A stretch of 63,954 nucleotides of DNA, the filler included, from Craspedostauros australis (Eukaryota), in NCBI GenBank assembly GCA_030167865.1. It is 17 parts of 17 records of this genome, joined end to end, with 100 filler letters (N's around TTAATTAATTAA, not from the genome) between each part and the next. Parts side by side here need not be neighbours in the genome. Positions count along the whole stretch, not along the records: positions 1 to 17,702 come from JALAGF010002947.1; positions 17,803 to 27,232 come from JALAGF010002949.1; 15 more parts are not named here. One strand, written 5' to 3'. The notes beneath the pieces were generated by a model, which searched no databases, had not been told where the DNA came from, and saw nothing but the letters and a program-made list of their open reading frames with translations. Below, piece by piece: positions 10,487-22,412 of this stretch. Position 1 is the stretch's first letter. Each line of letters begins with the position of its first letter. The position numbers were made by a program, and so were the translations under genes.

Positions 10487-11848
10487 TCAATCATCCTCGA
10501 CGTCCTCATCAAACAACCGCTTTGCATCCTTGTCGTACGCAAAGTTGACGTGATCGGTGAACCAAGGACGGGCGTACATGAGATACAGGATTCTTCTGGT
10601 GCGATTGGATAGATTCGCCGTGCCACGATGGCAGACCCGATAATCGTACAGAAGTGCGTCGCCTTGCTTCAAGATGGGGCCAGCAACTTTGCCGGTCTTG
10701 GTATCATCCATACTTTGCGTCGTGCTCTTTTGAGATCCTGGCAGGAACTCCGTGGGTCCCGATTGCGCCTTTCCGTCCTTCGTCTCCAACGGGATGAACA
10801 CATTCAGCGCGTAGCATGGTAGCTGCCCATGAAAATCCGCCGCGCCATCGCCATTGCGCGATTGTGCGAGTTCCGGAAACAACGGATGGCCATCTTGATG
10901 CCACGGTTGATCCTCGGAGCCAGGTTGATTCAGAATGATGCCTGCATACACCAGTTTCACAGCATCATCGCCATCCGTGTTTGGCTTGGCGCTGCCGCCA
11001 AACAGGGTGCTGACGATGGGATAGATCTTTGGATTGCGCATGATATCGACATGATGAAACTCATCGTCGTCCAACACGATCACATCCATGCGTCCCTTGC
11101 ACCGTGACGCGGCTTCCTTGAATCGGAATAATTCAGTATCCTTGCAGGATGCCGTCGAACCCGGCGTTGGCATGCATCGCCAAGGGATGCTGCGACGATC
11201 CAATGCGCCGTACAGTCGTCGTTCCAACGCATCGACTTTGGGTGTGACGATGTTGTTCAGGACAGCACGGTCTATGACCTGACGCAGCACACAAACGCCG
11301 TGCTGCTGAATTGCGAAGGCCATTTCACGGATTTGCTCATCTTTGGGCAGCACGATTTTGTCGAATGGATTGGAATGACGCTTTGTGTTGCTTGAAGGAT
11401 CGTCTTCGTCTTCGTCATCATCCTGGCCAAAGGCCAATGGGAAATCCAACGAGGATTCCATGTGAGTGGCCTGTTCTTCACGCAACTGCAGAATCTTCTT
11501 CCGATCCATCTGAGGTTTGATGTTTTCGTCAGCTGTTGGCGAGCAACTCGCGCTGCGTTCATTGCTATTGGAGGCTGATGCAACTCTCTTGGGAGCCGCC
11601 GCAAACGTTGAATCATCGAACAAGGAAGCTGCACGGTTGTGCGCTGCCTTCGTTGGATCATCTGTGCTCGTAGATGGTGGTTGTACGGATGCTGCGGATG
11701 ATCCAAAGATCGATGCCATCAACGAAGATGTTGAAGTCGGAGGTTTCGTCTCGGCTTGCCGTTTCACATCTATTGCATGCGATGTCTGCTTCGACGCATC
11801 GGCATCGCTGCTTCGCTTGCGCTTCTTCTTGCTCCTCTTCGATGGCAT
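10487..11848 (-). CDS. PhyH-like Fe(II)/2-oxoglutarate dioxygenase with N-terminal NLS-like basic stretch
   Basis: QPWHQDG (HxD), LNVFIPL, GPTEFLPGS, GDALLYDYRVCHRGTANLSNRTRRILYLMYARPWFTD; ATG 11848 (MPSKRSKKKRKR). Confidence 0.85.
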   Translation of the reverse strand: MPSKRSKKKRKRSSDADASKQTSHAIDVKRQAETKPPTSTSSLMASIFGSSAASVQPPSTSTDDPTKAAHNRAASLFDDSTFAAAPKRVASASNSNERSASCSPTADENIKPQMDRKKILQLREEQATHMESSLDFPLAFGQDDDEDEDDPSSNTKRHSNPFDKIVLPKDEQIREMAFAIQQHGVCVLRQVIDRAVLNNIVTPKVDALERRLYGALDRRSIPWRCMPTPGSTASCKDTELFRFKEAASRCKGRMDVIVLDDDEFHHVDIMRNPKIYPIVSTLFGGSAKPNTDGDDAVKLVYAGIILNQPGSEDQPWHQDGHPLFPELAQSRNGDGAADFHGQLPCYALNVFIPLETKDGKAQSGPTEFLPGSQKSTTQSMDDTKTGKVAGPILKQGDALLYDYRVCHRGTANLSNRTRRILYLMYARPWFTDHVNFAYDKDAKRLFDEDVEDD

Positions 11849-12895
11849 CGTGTCAATGTGACCGTCCTCTTCGCGGTATGGGTATGGTGCACGACCTGCT
11901 TGCTGTTTGTTTTGAAAGTCGCCACACTGTTGGAACATCGCTTGCGTCGAAGTTTGGATACGGTGAGGCTAAGGATGGCTGGCTGGTTGTGATGTCTCAA
12001 GGTCCATTCGTGGTCTTCGTGACTCGGAAGATACCGTGTCACACGAGCGTGATCCTTGGCAACAACAACAACAACAACAACGACCATGGATGACGAGGGG
12101 TGGCACGCATGCGCTCACACAACGCTTCGAAGCCAACCCAAACAAGTAAGAAATCAAGCTACCGCGCTTGTGCCTGAGGTTGCGAATCAATAGAGGAGGT
12201 GTTGGTGTGCGGCGAAACACGCATTGCGTCGTCCACAGTGGCTCCGCTCTGGTCGTTGCCAGTGCTACGAGAAATCTGCATCGGTCAACACATGCTGCAT
12301 TGGAATGGGGCGCAGTATGGAGGTTGCAGGAGTGTGATGTTCACCTTGCCACAATGATGTGGTGGATGATTGGGGGGCGTTGTGTTGGTGTGTGTGGGGG
12401 GAGGGCGGCATTCTGCGACAAGCGCAAAAACACCTAGTCAAAAATTATAGACAGACTTGGTACTAGTGCACCAAGTGGAACGGGATCACGTACAGTCTGG
12501 AGTGTTTCATCCGTGTATTGACCAGCTCCTCCGTTCTGCTATTCTCCTTGCTGATCAAGAACAAGCATGTCTAAGGTAAGTATGGGTGTTGTTGTCGCGT
12601 CGCTCGCACACCATGGCGGCGGCTGGATCGGTGGCTGCGATTTACCTCAACAGTAATTTCCACAATGCTCAACAGCATCCAGAAGACCCCCGGAACGCAC
12701 GTTCCTGTGACTGTCGAGGTCTGGACGCTCGAGAATGAACTATTGGCACCAAGCTCGTGTGATATACGATTGTATTATATAATACTACCAATCCCCTTTT
12801 CAAGTGCGGAGCGAAAAATGGAGGAGAGTAGATTTCAGACTACGGGTAATGGCTCATCTATTCGTTCTCAGCGCTGTTTGCCCATCCCCAAGGCA

Positions 12896-15800
12896 TCAAT
12901 TCATTTCGCTCGCCTGTTCTTTCTTCGTCCCCTCATGCATCAATCTCAGTTTCTCCACCTTCCTCATTGCACCCCATTCTCCATACAGCCGAATGGCTTC
13001 TTCCATTGCCTGATCGGCTGCATCGTCCATCCCCATCCTTGTCAAGCCCTCCGAAAGGCGCTCATTCGCCAGCGCTTGATCGTTCGTGAAGCCGCAGCTC
13101 GTGGCGAGATCGATCGCATCCTTGAACTTGATGACGGCGGAGCCGAACTTGGATCGCAGCATCTTGTGTTCTGCTTGCACCAACGCGTAGCTATGTTGGC
13201 AGTTTGGGTTGCCCATGTCGGCCCACTTGCGGAGCTGCTTGCGGCAGCGGTCTCCTTGCTTGCGGTATGTGGCTGCTTTCGATTTGCTGGAGGCTGCGTA
13301 GCTAGCGGCATAACAGCAGATGCTGCCGTACGTTGTGCCAAGTGGAAGACCGCTCATTCCTGGGAACTTCTTTATGAATTCGTCAAAGGATCCAACCGAA
13401 GTGACTGCTCCGAGCTCAAAGTCACCGAAGAACACAGCAAGGATTTGTCTGTATGCGGCGAGCACAATCGCTGCGGCGTGGTCAATCGGTTCAGTTGGTT
13501 GCGCAAAGAAGGCATCTTCATCAAAGATGTCTCCCTTCAGCTTCGTTTCGCTGTTAGAAAGACCTCGGAGATTGCGAATGGACTGCCAACTTATGTTGAA
13601 GAAGTCCTTTTGCTCGAGGTGCGGCACATCGTTCATGGAATGCAAACACCTTCGCATATCTTCGTCAAGTTGGGCCAGCGGTTCACCCGTGAAGAATCTG
13701 TTTTGCAGGTGATCGGAAACACTTCGAAAAGCCGTGTTGACATCACCGTATGCCATGCTAAGCTTGTGGGCTCTCCATAGGTGTGGCAACGTGGCCTTCG
13801 TCGGCTTTATCCAGTGTGTCATGCCGATACTTAGATAGTAGATGACTTTGGCTTTGCAGATCCGGTTGGATTCTTGTTCCGTCATCTGCATGGCAATCTC
13901 GCCAATTGTTTCCGCAGTTTTGAAATCTCCCATCACGTAACCGGAGACGAAGGCAAGGTAAGCGAGCGAAGTTGAGGAATGTGGGAGGATGCCGTACTTC
14001 AAAGTCCTCTCCACACACTCAAGGATGACCAAAAGGAAAAATTCCGGAAGAACGAAGTATGCAACGGCAACCAGTTGGTCCAGCAGCTCCATCACAGCCA
14101 CTTGTGTTGGATCCGCACACAATGGCTTGCTTCGGAAGGACTCCACAGTCCATTTCGATGCCACTCGTTTCATCTTGAGAAGACCACGTATCAACTTGAA
14201 GTTCCTGCCGAGTTTGCTTGTGGGGAACCTGCATCCAAGTTGGCCTAACACAGACAGGATTGTTGGGATCGTCTTCTTTGTTCTGGTTTCGTTGGATTCG
14301 ACGAACAAGCCGTCGATGAAGATACGGTACGCCCGGATCTTGTCAAGGATGGAGCAATCCAATGACAGCACGCTCGAACAGTACCGCTTCATCTCGTCAA
14401 TGTTTGCATTGATGTACGCGCATTCGGCGGCCGATGAAAAGATGTCGATGCTCTGATGGAGATGGGTCTTCCAATGATCAGCTGGCAACAGTGCCATTGC
14501 CGTCCGGAAATACTCCGCCGCAGCTTGGAATGCAGCGCATTCGACAGCGAGCTGACCGGCCTTGGAATTGAGCATGGCGATCCCCATGCGACGATCGGAG
14601 TGCTGAGCAGTGGCAGGCACGAGATCGAGCCTGGCATTGATGAGGCCAGCGATCATGTGGACCTTGTCCTCTCGCATCTCACCCTTTGAGTATGAGGTGA
14701 GTAGGACATCACCAACTCTGTGCCGCAGCTCGGAGAGCTTGTCTTGAGGAACGAGCGACAACGCAGCTTCCTGGACTTGATCGTGGATGAAGGTGTATCG
14801 ATACCCTTGCTTCCCATTGGCGTTGTTCGTGGGCTGTTGCTGAGTACCGATGCCCGTATCCTTCGTTCCAGACTTTCGGCGTTGAGAGGTGCGATGCAGA
14901 TGTTGCTCGATGAGGCCTTCTCTCTCACAGACATCCAGACTTCGTTGAATACCTTCGTACGAGATGAGGTGCGCCTGTTGCCNTTGCAGCTCTTGTGACC
15001 GCTCCGATTGACGGAGGGATGAAGCACCATGCGACCGTTGTGATCCATCCGATCTCTGAGATGCATCCGATGACTGCGAAGATGGCATCAGCGCAGCATT
15101 CTCATCTGACGCCAACAGATCCTTGAAGAACACTCTGTGGTCAGAGTGGATGAAAAGCGCTCGGATCGCAAGGATCAGCCTGCGGTTCGAGAATGTGGAT
15201 CCAAGGCATGCCGCGATCGGCAGCAGGTGACGAGCAGCGTCCAGACGACCCAGCTTCTGCTTCATCAGATCAACCATATTGGCCGTGGCGGATGACCCAG
15301 CCACGATCTTCTGCTCGTCCCAGATCCACTTCATCCCGCCGTCCTCGTCCACGGACAGCAGCTTCTCGTACACCAACGACTCGAGGAACTGCTTCATGAA
15401 GAAGATGTTGCCTCCAGTTTTGCGGTGCACAATGTCAGCAAGACCGTTCACGTCATCGTCGTTGTCGGGCAGGAGGATCTCGATGAGAAGGTGGCGGACG
15501 CTCTGCAACGGTAGATCTTGGATTGGGATGTCAAGGACACGGATGGATCTCTCTCGTTTGCATTCTTGAAGAGCCGTGATCATGTCTTGAAGGTCTTGGC
15601 TTTGCTCGAGCTCATTGGATCTGAAGCATCCGATGATCATCAGGGATGAGATGTCGCCATCCATCGCCCATGTCTGCATGATGTCGATCGATGCCTTGTC
15701 AGCCCATTGGATGTCGTCCATCATGATCACCAGCGGGCTGTGATTGCAGACGATCCGAAGGAATCGCTTGAGCGTGTGCTTGATTCGATCGGACTTCGCT

Positions 15801-16786
15801 CTGTATCCTTCTGTGATTGTGGCTGTTGATGGTTGAGCGGATAGATTGAGTCCATGAGCAGCCGATCCTGAAGTGGATGTGCTCATGAACGAAGACTGTT
15901 TGGTCAGAGATTGCTCACGAATGCCACGCAATGATGTGCTCGCATCTCCATCGGCACTTGCGCTGACATCATCATCGCTAATTTCTTGGGGGTCGTGGTC
16001 CTTGTTCTGTCGATCTGCAATTGTATTGCTGGCGCCTTTGCCGACCATCATCTCAAGTAGACCTGGAATGATCTTGTACAGAGTCTTGAGCTCCCTCGAC
16101 GACAGGCACCGAATCAACGATTGGTGCCATGTCGCGAATCTTCGCGGATCATCCACTGCCGCATCAGCCATACGAGTATCCTCCTGAGGCAATGCCATGA
16201 TCTGCTCCACCAGCTGGCCCATCGCGTTCTTGATGCCCGCGTAGGGTTCCTCCATCTGCTGGAGATCGAACTTGCCAGAAATGAAGAAGGCGAAGTTGTC
16301 GAGGCAGTGCTGCTTGTAGTGCATGGCGAGTGCGGACTTGCCGCTTCCTGATGGTCCCGAGATGAAGCATACTGTCTTGAGACTTGTGTGATGGCGCTGC
16401 CCGCGACGTTGTTGTTTGTGATGCATCTCATCTTCACTGTTGTGTTTGGAGGTGAAGCTATCACTGCTGCTACTGATGGTGATGCTGGTGTTATCCAGAC
16501 TTCGCGTGCCTTGGGTGGCTCGCTTTCTGTTGAGCATCTGATTGATGGCATTGGACAGCACCCGCTTCTCCTTGTCCCGCCCAACGATTCCAGCGCGGTC
16601 GAAGTTGAAGGCATAACCATGTTGATGGGCATCGGAGAGTCCGCTGTCGGTGAGGGAGTCTGTGTCTGACATGTTGGTCGATGGATCGTCGAGACTCTTC
16701 GTGCTGCTCGTCCTGTTCTTGTGCAGCATGTTGGACCGGGGTGTGTCCATCGGGGGCACTGTTGTCATCGTTGGGGTTGACATCAT
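12896..16786 (-). CDS. STAND-class AAA ATPase (COG3899/AAA_16-like) + winged helix + TPR-like superhelix, 1296 aa, intronless
   Basis: IVGRDKE; Walker A GPSGSGKS; SGKFD; Walker B LVIMMDDIQWAD; TGGNIFFM; FIHDQVQEAA; helical repeats ending LANER...YGEWGAMRKV. Confidence 0.88.
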   Translation of the reverse strand: MMSTPTMTTVPPMDTPRSNMLHKNRTSSTKSLDDPSTNMSDTDSLTDSGLSDAHQHGYAFNFDRAGIVGRDKEKRVLSNAINQMLNRKRATQGTRSLDNTSITISSSSDSFTSKHNSEDEMHHKQQRRGQRHHTSLKTVCFISGPSGSGKSALAMHYKQHCLDNFAFFISGKFDLQQMEEPYAGIKNAMGQLVEQIMALPQEDTRMADAAVDDPRRFATWHQSLIRCLSSRELKTLYKIIPGLLEMMVGKGASNTIADRQNKDHDPQEISDDDVSASADGDASTSLRGIREQSLTKQSSFMSTSTSGSAAHGLNLSAQPSTATITEGYRAKSDRIKHTLKRFLRIVCNHSPLVIMMDDIQWADKASIDIMQTWAMDGDISSLMIIGCFRSNELEQSQDLQDMITALQECKRERSIRVLDIPIQDLPLQSVRHLLIEILLPDNDDDVNGLADIVHRKTGGNIFFMKQFLESLVYEKLLSVDEDGGMKWIWDEQKIVAGSSATANMVDLMKQKLGRLDAARHLLPIAACLGSTFSNRRLILAIRALFIHSDHRVFFKDLLASDENAALMPSSQSSDASQRSDGSQRSHGASSLRQSERSQELQXQQAHLISYEGIQRSLDVCEREGLIEQHLHRTSQRRKSGTKDTGIGTQQQPTNNANGKQGYRYTFIHDQVQEAALSLVPQDKLSELRHRVGDVLLTSYSKGEMREDKVHMIAGLINARLDLVPATAQHSDRRMGIAMLNSKAGQLAVECAAFQAAAEYFRTAMALLPADHWKTHLHQSIDIFSSAAECAYINANIDEMKRYCSSVLSLDCSILDKIRAYRIFIDGLFVESNETRTKKTIPTILSVLGQLGCRFPTSKLGRNFKLIRGLLKMKRVASKWTVESFRSKPLCADPTQVAVMELLDQLVAVAYFVLPEFFLLVILECVERTLKYGILPHSSTSLAYLAFVSGYVMGDFKTAETIGEIAMQMTEQESNRICKAKVIYYLSIGMTHWIKPTKATLPHLWRAHKLSMAYGDVNTAFRSVSDHLQNRFFTGEPLAQLDEDMRRCLHSMNDVPHLEQKDFFNISWQSIRNLRGLSNSETKLKGDIFDEDAFFAQPTEPIDHAAAIVLAAYRQILAVFFGDFELGAVTSVGSFDEFIKKFPGMSGLPLGTTYGSICCYAASYAASSKSKAATYRKQGDRCRKQLRKWADMGNPNCQHSYALVQAEHKMLRSKFGSAVIKFKDAIDLATSCGFTNDQALANERLSEGLTRMGMDDAADQAMEEAIRLYGEWGAMRKVEKLRLMHEGTKKEQASEMN

Positions 16787-17510
16787 GAGTATTGAAATTG
16801 CAGATTAGGCTTGCTGAGGTCCACTTTGCGGTGCCAGTTCCGGTTTCAGTTGGTGGTCTTTGTGTCTGCCTCTTCGCGATGTTGTGGACGTACGACTATC
16901 CTCGATCTCGTCACGAGTCTGCGCAGCGTTGTCTGAAGTCGTTGCACAAGACAATGACGGGCAATTGGAGGTTTTGAATCTCGTTGGGACTTATTTCTTT
17001 CTCCACTCTCACGTGAAGCGCATTACGCTTCCGCAACCAGACACGCACAATCCTCCTAAAAAGTCCGTCACAACTGACAAGATCCATCACGAATCATCAA
17101 TCAAGGAGGCTTTTCCATCAGAGCGTTTGACCCGATCGACTCAACAGGTTAGATGCACGACCCACGTGTGGTACTTGCCAGGAATCGGGTGTTTTGAAAT
17201 ACTGGGTTGCCGCACCTCCCAATAGTGCTTGAGATCGAGAGTCATAAAACCAGAAATTACCGCACCTCTCAATCTGTCCCTTTGTGAGACTTTGAAATGT
17301 GAGCCGCACTGCACCGTCCGGTACTCTTGTTAGTCGTGGATAAATACGAAGGAAAGACAGCCCATAGAACCCAATGACGTTTCCAATCGAGTCCCGCGTA
17401 ACCCAACTTCGTGCTGAAGCAATAGTTTGAATCTGTATAGACGTTATATTAGCGTTACGCATGTCGGTCTGTTTCTCTGTCATTGAGCACGGCTGGCGTG
17501 TTTCAGGTTG

Positions 17511-17616
17511 ATTCAGAATCTGGCTCCGATTCAGAACGCATTCAGACTTTCAGAACGGATTCAGAACCGAGTCAGAACTTCAGAACTTCAGAATTTTTCC
17601 ATTCTGATTCTGAATC
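17511..17616. repeat. Cluster of TCAGAA motifs (7 direct, 2 inverted) bounded by GATTCAGAATC / GATTCTGAATC
   Basis: Read directly from the sequence. Confidence 0.7.
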
Positions 17617-17702
17617 GAGAGTGTCTCTCCGAGTGATCTCTGTGGGGGCTTCGTCGCAGACACGCGCACAAGTTTCTGTCTGTCTGTTGGCTTGTCCGGG
17701 CG

Positions 17703-17802
17703 NNNNNNNNNNNNNNNNNNNNNNNNNNNNNNNNNNNNNNNNNNNNTTAATTAATTAANNNNNNNNNNNNNNNNNNNNNNNNNNNNNNNNNNNNNNNNNN
17801 NN
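17703..17802. other. Artificial contig linker (N-run, TTAATTAATTAA, N-run). Also at 27233, 35389, 39944, 43082, 45410, 47084, 48460, 49757, 50975, 52592, 54296, 57655, 59262, 61364, 62816
   Basis: Identical 100-nt spacer with stops in all six frames; ORFs ending in XXX-LIN are truncated by it. Confidence 0.98.
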
Positions 17803-20560
17803 CCGATGGCTTGAGCACCTTCTCCTTCACACCCCCGTCCAGGATCTGCTGCAGCTGAGAGATGCTGAGCGACTCCATAGCGCTGGCGCTGCCGTTGGCA
17901 GTGGCACTACCATTGGTGGTCCCATTGCACGATGCTGGACCGTGCTCGATATGACCATCATCATGACCTTCCAGAACGTTGCCGTGCAGGATGGCGAGCA
18001 GCGTGTAGATATGAAACTCGGAACGTTGGAGGTAGGATGCCACCGTCAGCACACAGCGCAACATGGAGCATGACAGCTGCTGCAGCTTGAGGGTCATCAT
18101 CTGGACGACGGAGTCGGCGATCATTGGCAGCGGATCTCCATCTTCCGCTTTGACGTGGTTGAAGTTCCACTCCCACTGGAAGAAGATGCGTGAGTAGACC
18201 AGACAGTTGTGCCTCTCGAGCTGTTCCAATGCTTGCATCATGAAGAGCCAGTTGCCGTGCGTTTTGGAATAGAGCGGCTCCGACAGCTCATCGATGTCAT
18301 TGCGACCAAGGAGCTCCGACAGCCATATCTGGAAGTGTTCGTATGGCAGTGCGCAAAGCGATATCGACGTGCAACGTTTGCGCTGTCTCTTGGAGATGTG
18401 TCTGATCCGTTTGAGGAACCTGGACAGAGGGTGGTCAGCTGCGTAGCCATGGTAGGTGGCGTTGCTATCGATGTCGGTGTTGAGGCTGAGTTGTCCGCTG
18501 CTCTGTCTATCTGTGTCGCTGTTGACATTGCGTCGCCTTGGAGCACTACCTGTGTGCCTACGCACATGCGTACTAGTGAGTGACGATTGCTCCTGGTTGG
18601 ACTGGCTGTCCTGGCTGTATTGTGCATGCTCGTGTATCGTGTCTGGCGTGCCCCAATTCTTCTGCGATTGCCGTTGCTGTTGCTGCTCTTCATGATCGCG
18701 GATTGTGGCCACGATGAAGCAGTGCTTCAAGTCCGCATCCTTGATGATGAGTGAGATCAAGTCGAGACAAGCCTCCGAGCACCATTGCAAGTCTTCCAGC
18801 AGCAGGATGAGAGGTCGTTCCTCCGTGCATATGGTGCGAAGGAACTGCACGAAGTTGTATTGGTACTGATTGGAGATGGCGACCGATGAGGAGTTGGAGC
18901 TGACCTTGTTGGTGCCGTCACCATGTTCAGATTGATCGTGATAGCTTGAAATGGACACAAGTGATTTGGAATGCCGCTGGTCTCTCTTGTATCTAGGCGC
19001 CTTGGTGGACGATCTTGGCTCATCGACGTTCGTTGTTTCTGGTTCGTGTGAGAGTGATTCGGCGGCCGTGGAACCGTGCTCATCCGAGTCACCAGCGTGA
19101 GAATCAGGAATGTCGTCCCAAAGGAAGATGGATAGTGAGGGGATGGCATGACAAAGACCAACCATCGCGGATGCATTGACCTTGGTCTTTGGGGACAGCG
19201 GAGGTGCCGCTCCCAAATTACGCGGAACTGGACCACCCGTTTGCCGCTGCATCTGTCGCTGACGTTGTCTCTGTCTCTGTCGCTGTGTTGATGCTTGATC
19301 GCTGAATGTCGTCTGAATGGCAAACCTGGCCTGGTTCAGATCGTACGTGGATCCATCGAGACTGTTGATCTGATCGTCATCCAGATGATGCTGCTGTCGA
19401 TGAATCTGTGCCACGAGATGATCCATCGCTTGGATGATCCCGGAGAACATGGAGGTGGCGGTGGATGCGGCATCGTATTGCTCATCGAACTTTCCACGAA
19501 CGACGAAGGGTATGCTCGCGTCATCCGCACCTCTGCTGTCTTGTTGTATGAAGTCGACAAACTCTTGGGCGAGTCTCGATTTGCCTGTCCCACTCGTTCC
19601 GCCCACGAACACAATCGGCAGCTGGGATGCGTATTTCGATACGCGGTCCTCCGCGAAGTCCGATTGACATGATTTCCACCGCCGAAATGCGGCCTTCAGG
19701 TCTTCCATTTCTGTCTGGCGTTCAAAGAAGGGTGCCTGTTCGATCATGCTCGATATGTTCTGCGGCAGTTCGGACATGTTCTGTTCCGTCTCCGAGTATC
19801 CATCGTCGTAGAATTCACGGCCGGACGAGAAGGTGTCGGATATGGTGCGTTTCGGACCGTACTCGGATGTTCTGGTAGCAGAGTCCACTGTGGCGCCTTG
19901 GGTATTGTCAATGTGGAACGGCGGACTTTGGATCGCGGCCGGACCCATGGCAGTCGCCGTACCAGTCGCAGATACGGTAGTGGCGATGAGGTTGCGAGAG
20001 ATTGCGTTCATGGACGTGTTGTCGGGACGACGAGCCTTGGGTAACGGCGAGCGCGTTGGACTTTGGATGGGTGATCGACGCAGTGGTCTGGGATTCTGCA
20101 TAAGTGGAGACGAGAACGGTGCAGGCGGAGGTGGTTTCACCACCGGCAAATGGGTGTAGCGTGCATTCTGATAGCCTTGCGGAGAACCAGACTGGTGGTT
20201 GACGTGCATGCGACGGCCATCATCCACCCAACCACCACCACCTTGATTGTTCTGTTGCGCCATGTTTGGCGTTGGCGTTCCCACTTGCATTGGCGACAAG
20301 TGCGATTGAGGCAATTGCATCACCTGCTGCAGCGGCGGCACCTCGTCCTGATCGACGTAGCCTGGCCCCATGTCATTGGTTTCGTATGCGTTGCTGGAGA
20401 TGCTGTGGCTGTAGGAGGAGTAAGAGTGTTCGTGGTGGTGATCAATGATCCTTCCGTCTCCAAGTTCTTGCTGGTGGTGTTGGTGGTGCTGCTGGTGATG
20501 GTAAGCATACGCGGAGGTCGTCGATCTGTTGTTGCTTGAAGACATTATTGTGTCCATCAT
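17803..20560 (-). CDS. STAND-class AAA ATPase paralog with long Q/H/P-rich N-terminus, 3' partial
   Basis: FFERQTEM; Walker A GTSGTGKS; RGKFDE; Walker B LILLLEDLQWC; KTHGNWLFM; WEWN; runs into the contig end. Confidence 0.85.
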
Positions 20561-22412
20561 GTGTTGTTTGTCGACATCTGTCTTGCGGAGGAGGCCTATC
20601 GAGTGATGGGTCGCGCGATTGCTCGACGGCTCAATGCAGAGGTGTCTTGGCTTTCTTTGCGTTGGTTTGGTTGTGTATTCGTACTCGTGCGAGCTACGTA
20701 CGAGGATGGCACATCCATGCAGTCTTCTGCTACGTGAGGTGATGGCCGCCCACGATCAGGTCGATCGACGATGATCACTTGGCCTCGGCGCCCGAGCGTG
20801 ATGTTTCTGGGCAGAATTCAGTTGCTGTTGTTTGCTTTGCCGCTTTTTGTGTTGAATCTCTCTGTGTGTCGAATTGGCGCGAACTGGTGCGAATTGATGC
20901 GGCGGAGGCAGTCGCGTTTGGCCTGTTCACGAGCAAGACAGAAGCACCATGGTCTAACCGAAGGCTGCGTTAAATACACGAAGTCAACAACGTGTCGCAC
21001 TGTTCCGGTCAACATTTATCATTGTGACACGAACTGATGATCCATTCGCAAATGCGCAGGTGTCTCACGAGAGTTGATTGCGGAAGAACGGCTTCGCAAT
21101 TCAGAAAGACGCCTCTCCCTCCATCAAATCGCGAAACGCTCTGTGCAGAACTTCTCGAAAGGACGAGAAACCACAACCATGAAAGCCCACGCTCATGTAG
21201 ACCAGTCTACAACAACCTGCAGAGAGAGAGAGAGAGAGAGAGGCTTTTCATCTCAATAGCACACTCCCCCTCTGTGCCGATTGACATCAACAAGATCTTG
21301 TCGTTGTTGCAGCATACTCCGCTCTCCTACAATGCTCATTGCATTGTGTGCTGCTCGCTCTTTGTCCAAGGATTGGCTGATGAACGAATGCAGAACTTCA
21401 ACCTTGCAGAGAAGTGGTAAATGCATGTATCCACGTCTGGCTCCATGTCTTCATCAATCGCACATCGTGTGTGCGTATTTGTGCACTCACCATCATGGGA
21501 CTAGGGAGTCATTCACAGATCGATGCGTCCTTTTGTTCGGCCTTGCGCCTCCATTTCCATTTCCACCTCCAATTTCTCTCCTCGGGTGTCGACCACCACC
21601 GCAAAGACTGGAAGATTAGCAACCGCGTCAACACAAACGACATCAACACTTTTCGGCGTTTCGTTGGTTCAAAGTCATTTTCACCCAAGTCGCTGCAATC
21701 CATGCTGAAGTTGTGCAGGTGGGAACGGACAAAAGGTTCTTTTTCGCTGCGCTCTTGCACAACGCCAGTCATGGATTGGATTGATTGCTCTTCATTCAAC
21801 TTGGCACTTTACTCGTGATGTCTCCCCCCTTGCATGGATCGGTTTGCGGTCGATGACCGGCGACTGCCTGGTTGGGTCTGAGCACTTTGAAATCGCGGCG
21901 ACTGGTCTTATGTTCTCCTCTCTGCGGAGACACTGTACGAGCACATCGCTCAGCGCTCTCTCCGTTGCATTGGACTTTTGTCGTCTATGACATCATTCGT
22001 CTGGAATGGTGGGCAATCTCCACTTTCACGGTCGTTGCGCCAACACAAACTGTTTACTCACAGCGCTTTTGGCGCCACGTCGTTATTCAGCGGTTATTTG
22101 CTTTCTCCACTTTCCCAGTCATGTTCACGCGTGATTCACATGTCACAAACAACAACAAACCCGACTGGAAAGTCACAACAACACAACGCAACGCAACACA
22201 ACGCGACACAACAATCACACCTGCCATGACCAAGATGCTCATTCTCGCCACCATCTCCGTGTTCACCACACAACTCGTACGAGCAGCCAAGGCATCGAAC
22301 TGAGTGGGTGAACTGCCATTCCAACTGATCCATCCCAACGCCACCATTTCATCCCTTCGCTCGTAGCGCACTCGTGGAACATCAGCACAAGCACAGCACA
22401 AGAGAATGCAAG

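Noticed and set aside
21037..22330. Short ORFs and a (GA)n tract between the STAND gene and the glycosyltransferase
   Set aside because: No motifs and no consistent exon structure could be built.
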